From contig CAXXMV010000002.1 of NCBI GenBank assembly GCA_963662285.2, positions 800,001 to 864,000 of the forward strand: 64,000 nt of DNA, written 5' to 3'. Both the position numbers and the translations under genes were made by a program. This stretch comes from a bacterium. Its GTDB lineage: Bacteria > Hinthialibacterota > Hinthialibacteria > Hinthialibacterales > Hinthialibacteraceae. The notes under the pieces are model-generated. The model was not told the DNA's origin. It ran no database searches and saw only the letters and a list, made by a program, of their open reading frames with translations. This document shows, piece after piece, positions 23,939-32,168 of the stretch; positions within the stretch are counted from its first letter, which is position 1; every line of letters starts with the position of its first letter.

Positions 23939-24568
23939 CTACAGTTGTTTGATAATCTTTTCCAACTCATCCTGGCTGACAGGCTGGAACATTACCACTT
24001 CTCCGGTCTGCTCGCGAATCTTACGGCTGAAGAGAAAGCGGATGCCATCCATTTCACTTGTTTCAAATTCCGCCTTGCCTGTTTCAAACTCATATACATA
24101 AGAAATCATATCCATTGGTCGGCAAAATGTTTCATCATCGGTCGTTTTAATGTTTAATCGTAATTTTCCTCCAATTTCAGTAGAGGTTTTCCGGCTATCA
24201 GTTTCTTGCTTCATGCCCTCGCCGTTTACTTTTATAAAAGAACTGACCACGGTTCGCTTCAATGTTATTGATACTACATCAATATCAAAAATTAGTTGAT
24301 TCAAGGAAAAAGATGAATCGTCAACGTGGTTGCGGGCTTCTTCCTTTAAATAATTGGTCAGCATGATTTGAATCGAAGGAACCAGAACTTGCTGTGCAAA
24401 TATGGCTTCGATCTCCTCCATCGGGATGCTGAATGTAGTGGATACAATTTCACCAATAGTCCGCTGCGGATGCTCTTTCTGTATCGAAAGTACTTCATCA
24501 AGTTGATCACGCGTAATCAATCCGTGATCAACCAGAACTTCACCAAATGGTTTTGGCCCGTTGTTCAT
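23939..24568 (-). CDS. Hypothetical protein with N-terminal MshEN-like (GspE/PilB-N) motif
   Basis: KPFGEVLVDHGLITRDQLDEVLSIQ..RTIGEI; GGAGGAG RBS. Confidence 0.65.
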   Translation of the reverse strand: MNNGPKPFGEVLVDHGLITRDQLDEVLSIQKEHPQRTIGEIVSTTFSIPMEEIEAIFAQQVLVPSIQIMLTNYLKEEARNHVDDSSFSLNQLIFDIDVVSITLKRTVVSSFIKVNGEGMKQETDSRKTSTEIGGKLRLNIKTTDDETFCRPMDMISYVYEFETGKAEFETSEMDGIRFLFSRKIREQTGEVVMFQPVSQDELEKIIKQL

Positions 24569-24732
24569 AAAACTCCTCCACATAGTAACGCTATTTCTGC
24601 AAATTTACTTAAATACATAATCTATCCACTTATTCACGGAATAACTCTAAAAATTGTTTATTCATTCCTGTATGGTATGTAATTGAATATTGTTTTAGGT
24701 GTACATTCTAACAACTTTCAGAGGAAAATCAC

Positions 24733-25926
24733 ATGCAACCGAATTCTTGTAAGTATTTTATTTTGATCTGCATCACTTTTAGTATCTGTTTTTCATTATC
24801 TTGCGCTTCCAACTCCATCTGTAATTATTCTTCTCAAGACCAGATATCCATTAATAACCAGCGATTATTCCATCAACAGGCCATCTTTGTTTCCGGCCAG
24901 AATGGATATCACACCTACCGTATCCCGGCTTTAACCGTAACGCAACAAGGCGCAATCCTGGCCTTTTGCGAGGGACGCCAAGGCGGCGGCGATTCAGGTA
25001 ATATCGACATGGTTATGCGGCGCAGCACTGATTGCGGCCAGACCTGGGAACCCATGCAGATTTTATGGGATGACGACGGCAATACCTGCGGCAATCCCGC
25101 TCCCGTGGTTGATCGCGACACAGGAACCATCTGGCTGTTAATGACCCATAACAACGGAAAAATCAGCGAACGTGATATCAATCACGGCAAGGGAACCCGC
25201 GACGTCTGGGTAATGCATAGCAAAAATGACGGCCAGGATTGGTCAGAACCAAAGAAAATCAGTCTCCAAACCAAAAATGCCGATTGGCGCTGGTACGCCA
25301 CAGGCCCATGTCATGGCATTCAAATGCAGAATGGTCGAATGATAATCCCCTGCGATCACTCCACCGGACCCGAATTCGACCAATGGAATTCGCACATTAT
25401 ATATAGCGATGATCATGGCCAGACATGGCGCATCGGCGGAATCGAACCGGGCGCCTTCACCAACGAATGCACCATAGTTGAACTGACCGACAACTCTCTA
25501 TATCTCAATATGCGCAGCTACCGGGGAGATCATCGCCGCCAAATTTCAACCAGTAATGACAATGGATTAACCTGGACCAAAGCTCAGGCGGATCAAGCCC
25601 TGATCGAACCGAGATGCCAGGGAGCGGCCATCCGTTATACTTCCAAGCCGGAATATAGCCGGAACCGCATCCTCTTCTCCAATCCAGCCAGCGAAAAACG
25701 CGAAAAAATGACCATCCGCATCAGTTACGACGAAGCCAAAACCTGGCAGACCTCCAAAAGGATTTACGAAGGACCATCAGCCTATTCCGATCTGGCTATC
25801 CTACCGGATGGAACTGTCGCATGTTTCTATGAACGCGGTGAAAAGCACCCCTATGAAACAATAACCTTTGCGCGAATGACTCTAGCATGGCTCACCGACG
25901 GTCAGGATGCTCTAAAATCCCGATAA
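24733..25926 (+). CDS. Secreted GH33 sialidase-like protein
   Basis: YRIP motif; Asp-boxes STDCGQTW, SKNDGQDW, SDDHGQTW, SNDNGLTW, SYDEAKTW. Confidence 0.9.
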   Translation: MQPNSCKYFILICITFSICFSLSCASNSICNYSSQDQISINNQRLFHQQAIFVSGQNGYHTYRIPALTVTQQGAILAFCEGRQGGGDSGNIDMVMRRSTDCGQTWEPMQILWDDDGNTCGNPAPVVDRDTGTIWLLMTHNNGKISERDINHGKGTRDVWVMHSKNDGQDWSEPKKISLQTKNADWRWYATGPCHGIQMQNGRMIIPCDHSTGPEFDQWNSHIIYSDDHGQTWRIGGIEPGAFTNECTIVELTDNSLYLNMRSYRGDHRRQISTSNDNGLTWTKAQADQALIEPRCQGAAIRYTSKPEYSRNRILFSNPASEKREKMTIRISYDEAKTWQTSKRIYEGPSAYSDLAILPDGTVACFYERGEKHPYETITFARMTLAWLTDGQDALKSR

Positions 25927-25952
25927 TCTATCTAAATACTTCAGATTCAGAC

Positions 25953-25993
25953 AAAAAGGCGCCTCTTCCTTAGTAAGAAAAAGAGCCTTTTTT
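25953..25993 (+). terminator. Probable terminator after the sialidase
   Basis: AAAAAGGC...GCCTTTTTT imperfect stem. Confidence 0.55.
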
Positions 25994-26069
25994 CTTCAGA
26001 TAACTATTGCATTGTTATGCTTTGTGTTATAATCCGTTGTATTATGTAATAACCTTTGGAGGTTTATTC

Positions 26070-26543
26070 ATGATTCTATCCCGTGCGAAATTCTTAAGGA
26101 CTTCAGCGGCGGCTATCCTGGCGGCTGTCATCTCACCTATCCCCATCCCCGCGATGCCTCGCTTTGGATTTGGAAGGATTATCGAAGTGAAAGATTTAAC
26201 CCTTGAAACATTTGCTCCTCATGTGAATACCATTTTTCGTATCACCCGGCAGGATGCCAGTGCGTGTGATCTGGAATTGGTGGAAGCAGTGGACCTGTCT
26301 AAACCACATGACTATAGTTCCGGCGCTCCATGTATGGAAATATTTTCTCTATTGTTTCGCTGCCCCGCAGGTGATTATATTCCTCAGGATTCTTATGAAT
26401 TTTCTCATCCAGAGTCAGGACGCTTCACCATATTTATTACGCCCGTTGTTGGTGAAGATACCAAATATCACCATTACCAGGCCTTGTTTAATCGCCTGGT
26501 TTCTGTTCCTGATGACCATTCTACTAATAAGGAGAATCTCTAA
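26070..26543 (+). CDS. DUF6916-like protein with degenerate Tat-like leader
   Basis: GGAGG RBS; SRAKFLR leader; F.PHVN..F, LELVE, FSLLF, PQ..Y...HP, IFITPV, YQALFN pattern. Confidence 0.7.
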   Translation: MILSRAKFLRTSAAAILAAVISPIPIPAMPRFGFGRIIEVKDLTLETFAPHVNTIFRITRQDASACDLELVEAVDLSKPHDYSSGAPCMEIFSLLFRCPAGDYIPQDSYEFSHPESGRFTIFITPVVGEDTKYHHYQALFNRLVSVPDDHSTNKENL

Positions 26544-27052
26544 TGCCTTTTATTGGACAAATTATGCCTTGGGCGCCCAACTTCGCACCTCAAGATTGGG
26601 CTTTTTGTAATGGGCGAGAAATACAAGTTTCTCAAAATACAGCACTTTTTGCTTTAATAGGAAACAAATATGGCGGCAATGGCACATCAACCTTCGCTGT
26701 GCCTGATCTTCGAGGCCGGGTCATCATGGGCGCCGGCAACGGGCCTGGATTGACGCCGCGTCTTTTGGGAGACAAGGGAGGAGTGGAGACCGTTGTTTTA
26801 ACCGAGGATCAATTGCCTCCTCACACGCATACATTTCAGGTTCCCGCCACCTCAGACCGGGCGACTACGGATAATCCGGTTGGCAACGTTCCTGCTAAGG
26901 GGGATATGGATTTATATGCATCTACCGGAACTTCATCACAAAATATGATCTCATCCGCAACCGGGGCTAACAGCCCTGTTTCTATTATGCAACCGTACTG
27001 TGTTATGAACTATATTATTTGTCTGAATGGTTCATTCCCAACACGAAGTTAG
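26543..27052 (+). CDS. Phage tail-collar-domain protein (MdpB-like)
   Basis: FIGQI..WAPNFAP..WAFCNG, ALFALIG.KYGGNG..TFAVPDLRGRV, QLPPHTH, MQPY..MNYIIC..G.FP; TAATG coupling to upstream gene. Confidence 0.92.
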   Translation: MPFIGQIMPWAPNFAPQDWAFCNGREIQVSQNTALFALIGNKYGGNGTSTFAVPDLRGRVIMGAGNGPGLTPRLLGDKGGVETVVLTEDQLPPHTHTFQVPATSDRATTDNPVGNVPAKGDMDLYASTGTSSQNMISSATGANSPVSIMQPYCVMNYIICLNGSFPTRS

Positions 27053-27078
27053 AAACATACACCCAGGGAGGCTTTTTC

Positions 27079-27588
27079 ATGTCTGAGTTTTTATTAGGAA
27101 CTATCATGCCTTGGCCAGTGGATTTCGCTCCGGCAGGATGGGCTTTTTGCGATGGGAGATTGCAGTCGATCTCTCAAAACCAGGCTTTGTACTCACTTAT
27201 TGGAAATATGTATGGCGGCAATGGCATCGTGACTTTCGCTCTACCCGATTTACGGGGACGGGTAATCACGTGCGACAATTCTCTTAGATACATAGGATAT
27301 CTAGGAGGATATGAAATGGCGTATCTGAATCTCCAAAATTTACCTTCTCATTCCCATTCTGCTCAATCTTACACCCCCGACCAAGCGGAAACCAATGATC
27401 CAACAATCGGATCCATAGTCTTTGCCAAATCCGCCCGAAATGCTTATGCAACCTCCGGTCAGCAGGTAATGCAAGCGGGAACTTCGGCGCCTACTGGTCA
27501 GGGACAACCCGTCTCGGTGGTACAACCTTTTATTGCCTTAAACTACATCATTTGTACTCAGGGAGTTTTTCCATCCCGGTTGTATTAA
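27079..27588 (+). CDS. Phage tail-collar-domain protein (MdpB-like), paralog 2
   Basis: GGAGG RBS; FLLGTI..WPVDFAP.GWAFCDG, FALPDLRGRV, NLPSHSH, VQPFIALNYIIC..GVFP. Confidence 0.92.
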   Translation: MSEFLLGTIMPWPVDFAPAGWAFCDGRLQSISQNQALYSLIGNMYGGNGIVTFALPDLRGRVITCDNSLRYIGYLGGYEMAYLNLQNLPSHSHSAQSYTPDQAETNDPTIGSIVFAKSARNAYATSGQQVMQAGTSAPTGQGQPVSVVQPFIALNYIICTQGVFPSRLY

Positions 27589-27625
27589 TCCATTAACATG
27601 TTTTTGCTAATTAGGAGTCAATAGA

Positions 27626-30529
27626 ATGAAACGAACCAGACCATCATTATGGTATTCTTTTATCTTGGTTTTAGCAATATTGTTCTTAAATCCCTTGGAT
27701 GGCTTGGCTCAATTGACATCGGATGGAGACAATTTGACGGTTCAATCCGCCGCTTCGACTATTGCCGGGGAACCACGTGCGGCTATCTCGGACAATAGCA
27801 TAACCGCTCTTGTCTGGGAGCAGGGCGAGACAAACGAGGATGTGTATCTCCGTTTGTATAATGCATCTGCGGCGCCGCTTACAGAATCAATACAAGTGAA
27901 CACAATGACGGCTTCCAATCAATGCGAACCGGATATCGCCGTTAAAGGTAATCTGGCTATTTTCGCTGTAGTATGGGAAAGCATGAATCAAGCAAGCGCT
28001 GCTTCCGGTCTGGATATTGTCTTACGTCTATACGATTCCACTGGTGCGGCTCTCTCCGGGGAAATTGTGGTCAATCAGGTCACTGCAGGTCATCAAAAAA
28101 ATCCCCGTGTGGCAATCAACCAAAAGACTGGCGAGATACTTGTTATTTGGCAATCCGCCGTGAATGGAATTTATGGCATCTACTCTCACCGCTTCTCATT
28201 ACAAGGCGTCAGCCTGGGAGCGGATGAGACAATTATACAAATTGACGAAGACTGCGCCCAACCAGAACTGGCATTCAGCCCTGGTGGAAAGAGCATCATT
28301 ACCTGGGAACAAGGCGCCCGGAATAAACGCACGGTTGCTTTCAAGCGCTATAATGCAGATGGAAGCGCTTTAGACGCCAAACCGCAAACATCAAGTATTC
28401 CATGCCTACCCTATGGTCATGACGTAGAGATGCTCGGCTCCGATCAGATTGTTTTCGCCATGGCCATTGATGGGGAAATTCATTGCAGTTTGATTGACGA
28501 TACGGGCAAGGAACTTTTGAATACCGCCGTCTCTGGCGCCAATGGAAATAGTCCAAAACTGACGGCATTGGGAACGGATGATTTTGTCTTGTCATGGACT
28601 GGCGCCGATAATCTTATTAAATCTACTGCCTATTCAATGGAGTCCACCTCCTTTTCCGACGCTATTACGGTAAGCGCAATTTCTCAATTCGATGGGCTAA
28701 GCGCTATCGCTTCCAATCGCTTCAGGGGAAATATTGGCGTGGCGTGGGAAGCTAGCAATACTGGTGAACCGTTTGGCGCAATCAACGCTCAATTTTATAT
28801 GGGCGATGTTCCTCCTCTTTCTTTTCCGACCAATGTGCTGGAGATTGCGCCCCAGACCGGAGACTTAGCGCATTATGGAAACCAAATGATAAAAGGAATC
28901 ACTCAGGCTTACTCTGATTTGGAGTTCGCAACAAAATTGATTCCGCTTATCGTCAACGATAACATTAGTAATGTTTCTAAGAGCATTGAGTTAGCGCAAG
29001 ACGCCATTGCTGATCCTTCTAATTTGGCGATCCTGGGCGCTGCGGCTTCCAAGAATACATTGGCCATAGCCCAAGAAAATGCAAAAGCTGCTGATCCGCT
29101 GGTGCAATACACATTTTCTTCATCCCAGCAGTTGGATGCCATGTCCCATCTGGTAAAAGTAGCGCCCCTGGATGATTATCAAGTGGATGCAATGGCTTCT
29201 ATCTTGGCCTATAACGGATTGTCCAAGATTTTTCTGATCGTTGAAGATTCCGCCTATGGTATTGGATTTGAACGCCTTAAAAATAAGGAAGGAATCCAGG
29301 TTATTGATGATATCGTCTTCCAGAGCGGCGCCCTTGATACATCACAGATCATAACCAGGATTTCCTCAGCTATTGCAGCAGGAGCGCAGGTCGGCGTCAT
29401 GGCAGGTTATGAATCAGATGCCTCAACTTTATTACAGGCGCTGGCGGCTGAAACCGATACCGGTACTCGTAATTTTAGTTGGATATTCTCGGATGGTATG
29501 ACTACCGATGCCGTGTTGCAAGGTTTACCCTTCGATAAAACACTGTTCTATCACCCGGTTCTAATGGGATTAACGCCAAGTATCACAGATCAATTGCAGA
29601 CCTCCATTAAATTCAAAGCAGATTATCAAGCCGCCAATAATGGTGAGGTTCCAGAGTGGCCCGCCTATTATGCGTATGATACTGTTGCAGCCTTCAACGC
29701 CATGCTGAACGCCTCATCCAGCCAGACCCGCTCCGCATTATGGGAAACTGTTTCCGGACTGCATTTTGAAGGAGTAACTGGCGCCAAATGGTTGGACAGC
29801 AAAGGCTCTCTGCAAAGCGCGATTTATGATGTGAATTATGTAATCTTGGGCAAGTTCAAAATCATCGGTGAAGAACGGGTGAAGCAACCAAATTCATCCA
29901 GTAACGGTGCGGCCAAGGCGGCGGTGCGTCTTACTCCATCAGCGGTAGATGATTCTCTGGTTTACGACAATTATACCTACCGACTATCTGGCGATGATCC
30001 CCTGATCAGCCACGCAGCCGGCGGCCCTGATGGAAACGGCAATTGGATAGCGCAATCCAGGGAACTGGATATGGGCTGGGTGCTAATGGCCTATTACGAA
30101 GACGCCCAACGCAAATTGACATCCGATGGAAAAGCGTTTGGATTCAAGGATGGCAACCAATATACTCTTCAGTTTGAACTCAGCCGGGAAAATCTTTCTT
30201 CTCCCCAACCGGGTGGATCGATTTTAGAGATTGAAATAACTGCACATGCTGAACTAAGCGATGAACAAGGAAACGCTGGATACATTACCCATGTCTTAGA
30301 GGACAAAGTAATTTCATTCACCGATTGGGCGACTCCCGGTCAGTTAGTCGTACAGGTTCCATTTGAGTATCACAGCCAGACTCCTGATTGGTTTCCACCG
30401 GAATACGCCAAAGATCTTTTGAACTGGGAAATACTCCTGCTCAACTCAGCGCATCAAAAGCTGGTATTATCATCCGTCACCATCATCGCAAAAGAAAGCA
30501 CGGGCATCAACGCTTTTATGCTGTATTAA
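27626..30529 (+). CDS. Large secreted mosaic protein (beta-repeat region + type-1 periplasmic-binding-protein domain + C-terminal domain)
   Basis: Signal peptide; QVNT..NQ.EPDIA..FAVVWES repeats; PQTGDLAHYG, ILGAAAS, DSAYG, YAYDTV, FEGVTG (LivK-like); ends ESTGINAFMLY. Confidence 0.7.
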   Translation: MKRTRPSLWYSFILVLAILFLNPLDGLAQLTSDGDNLTVQSAASTIAGEPRAAISDNSITALVWEQGETNEDVYLRLYNASAAPLTESIQVNTMTASNQCEPDIAVKGNLAIFAVVWESMNQASAASGLDIVLRLYDSTGAALSGEIVVNQVTAGHQKNPRVAINQKTGEILVIWQSAVNGIYGIYSHRFSLQGVSLGADETIIQIDEDCAQPELAFSPGGKSIITWEQGARNKRTVAFKRYNADGSALDAKPQTSSIPCLPYGHDVEMLGSDQIVFAMAIDGEIHCSLIDDTGKELLNTAVSGANGNSPKLTALGTDDFVLSWTGADNLIKSTAYSMESTSFSDAITVSAISQFDGLSAIASNRFRGNIGVAWEASNTGEPFGAINAQFYMGDVPPLSFPTNVLEIAPQTGDLAHYGNQMIKGITQAYSDLEFATKLIPLIVNDNISNVSKSIELAQDAIADPSNLAILGAAASKNTLAIAQENAKAADPLVQYTFSSSQQLDAMSHLVKVAPLDDYQVDAMASILAYNGLSKIFLIVEDSAYGIGFERLKNKEGIQVIDDIVFQSGALDTSQIITRISSAIAAGAQVGVMAGYESDASTLLQALAAETDTGTRNFSWIFSDGMTTDAVLQGLPFDKTLFYHPVLMGLTPSITDQLQTSIKFKADYQAANNGEVPEWPAYYAYDTVAAFNAMLNASSSQTRSALWETVSGLHFEGVTGAKWLDSKGSLQSAIYDVNYVILGKFKIIGEERVKQPNSSSNGAAKAAVRLTPSAVDDSLVYDNYTYRLSGDDPLISHAAGGPDGNGNWIAQSRELDMGWVLMAYYEDAQRKLTSDGKAFGFKDGNQYTLQFELSRENLSSPQPGGSILEIEITAHAELSDEQGNAGYITHVLEDKVISFTDWATPGQLVVQVPFEYHSQTPDWFPPEYAKDLLNWEILLLNSAHQKLVLSSVTIIAKESTGINAFMLY

Positions 30530-30659
30530 TCATGGTTCAACACGGACTTTAGTACTTTTAAATTTGTTTCTTGTCTGAATAAGGATATTTAGGAAGAGCA
30601 AGATATCTATGATACGAGAATGCTATGTCCTGTAAATCCTGATTCAGATGTTTTTTAGT

Positions 30660-30718
30660 CCGGAGTTCAGGCGTGATTTTGGTTACAAAATAACACCAAA
30701 ATCACGCCTGAACTCCGG
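30660..30718. repeat. Perfect 24-bp inverted repeat between convergent genes
   Basis: CCGGAGTTCAGGCGTGATTTTGGT-11nt-ACCAAAATCACGCCTGAACTCCGG. Confidence 0.85.
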
Positions 30719-30746
30719 GTTGATAATTGGTTATATTATATTGTTT

Positions 30747-31805
30747 TTACTTAACTTCCAGCATATGATTAATCGCAACCAGCGCTTTTTTGGCAATTTC
30801 AGGGTCAACCGTAACTTCATATACTTCATTCTCAAGACTATAGAGAATCTTTTCCAAGGTAATCAGTTGCATGTGCTTACAAAACATGCTGCATGATTTT
30901 ACGAAGTCAACTTCGGGGTATTCAACCGCCAGATTGGCCGCCATCTCGCATTCGGTGGCCAGATAAACCCGCTTCAGCTGCGGATGATCTTCAATGTATT
31001 TGCACATCTGAGTAGTGCTGCCATAGAAATCCGCTTCTCTCAGAACCTCCGGTGGACATTCCCAATGCACCAGCACCGCAGTCTCGTCGCCGCCTTTGGG
31101 CATCTCGTGCTGTTGTCGGATATCCAAAATCATTTTTCTGGTAAATTTTTCATGAACCTCGCAAGCCGCGAATCGGTTATCTTCCTTACCTGGGTAGATA
31201 ATCTCCAATCCCTGCGATTCCAGGTCGCTCTGTAGATTAGCGCCCATCAACGAATCGGGGAAAAAGATCACCCGGTTCGTCTTGAATTCCCTCGCCGCAT
31301 GTTGCACAACCTTGGCGCCATTGGCCGAAGTGCAGCAATAGTCGCTCTCCGCTTTAATGTCGGCGTAACTGTTAACATAGGTCACCACCGGCGATCCGGG
31401 GTATCGTTTTCTATATTCGCGCACAACTTCCGCCGAAAAAGGCTCCGCCAGACTGCAACCGGCATTGAGATCAGCTATCAGCACCTTTTTGTCTGGGCTG
31501 AGAATCTTGGCGGTTTCAGCCATAAACTTTACCCCGTCAAACAGTATGATGGGTTTATCGGTTTCAGCTGCCCGTCGCGCCAATCCCAGAGAGTCTCCGC
31601 GTTCCTGCTCGCCGGATAACTGGTAAACCAGAGGCGCCATGTAGTTATGTCCCAAAATAAGCACATTTTTGGCTTCTTTTAGTTGGATAATTTTTGCTAT
31701 AAGGTCTTTGTTGGCTTGAAATTCAAGATGCTGGTCAGGTGATGATTGCAAAGCCTGATCGATCTTATCCAATTGCGCGTTATTGAGCTGCGCATGTGCG
31801 TCCAT
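30747..31805 (-). CDS. nadA: Quinolinate synthase A
   Basis: GHNY, GDSL, GVKFMAETAKILSP, AGCSLA, YVNS, CTSAN, CEVH, CKHM. Confidence 0.95.
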   Translation of the reverse strand: MDAHAQLNNAQLDKIDQALQSSPDQHLEFQANKDLIAKIIQLKEAKNVLILGHNYMAPLVYQLSGEQERGDSLGLARRAAETDKPIILFDGVKFMAETAKILSPDKKVLIADLNAGCSLAEPFSAEVVREYRKRYPGSPVVTYVNSYADIKAESDYCCTSANGAKVVQHAAREFKTNRVIFFPDSLMGANLQSDLESQGLEIIYPGKEDNRFAACEVHEKFTRKMILDIRQQHEMPKGGDETAVLVHWECPPEVLREADFYGSTTQMCKYIEDHPQLKRVYLATECEMAANLAVEYPEVDFVKSCSMFCKHMQLITLEKILYSLENEVYEVTVDPEIAKKALVAINHMLEVK

Positions 31806-32168
31806 CGGAACCTCCGGCTAAATAATTGCGGAAAGATTTTTGTTATTACGTTAAATCAACTTGCGCATATTCGAAAATAAGCAGCGAAAACGCGAATTTT
31901 CTTCCCTCGATAACGCAAATTGAATTAACTTTATCCTAATAAATACAGTATACATCATAAGAATTAAAATCACAGAAGAATAAAGAGAAGGAATTAAGAT
32001 TGAAATTTTTTCATCTCTCGGGCTGCAATCCGGTGTATAATTGACCCAGGCTGCATATCAAATAAAGTTCAATTCAAACCATAACCATTGATAAATTTTT
32101 ACAATTGAGCAAAATAAAGCATTCATTCGTGACAACATAATCTTAACTACTACGGTATCTTAAAACCT

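Noticed and set aside
26543-27588. Prophage or contractile injection system suggested by tail-fibre genes
   Set aside because: No capsid, terminase, sheath, tube, baseplate or integrase genes nearby
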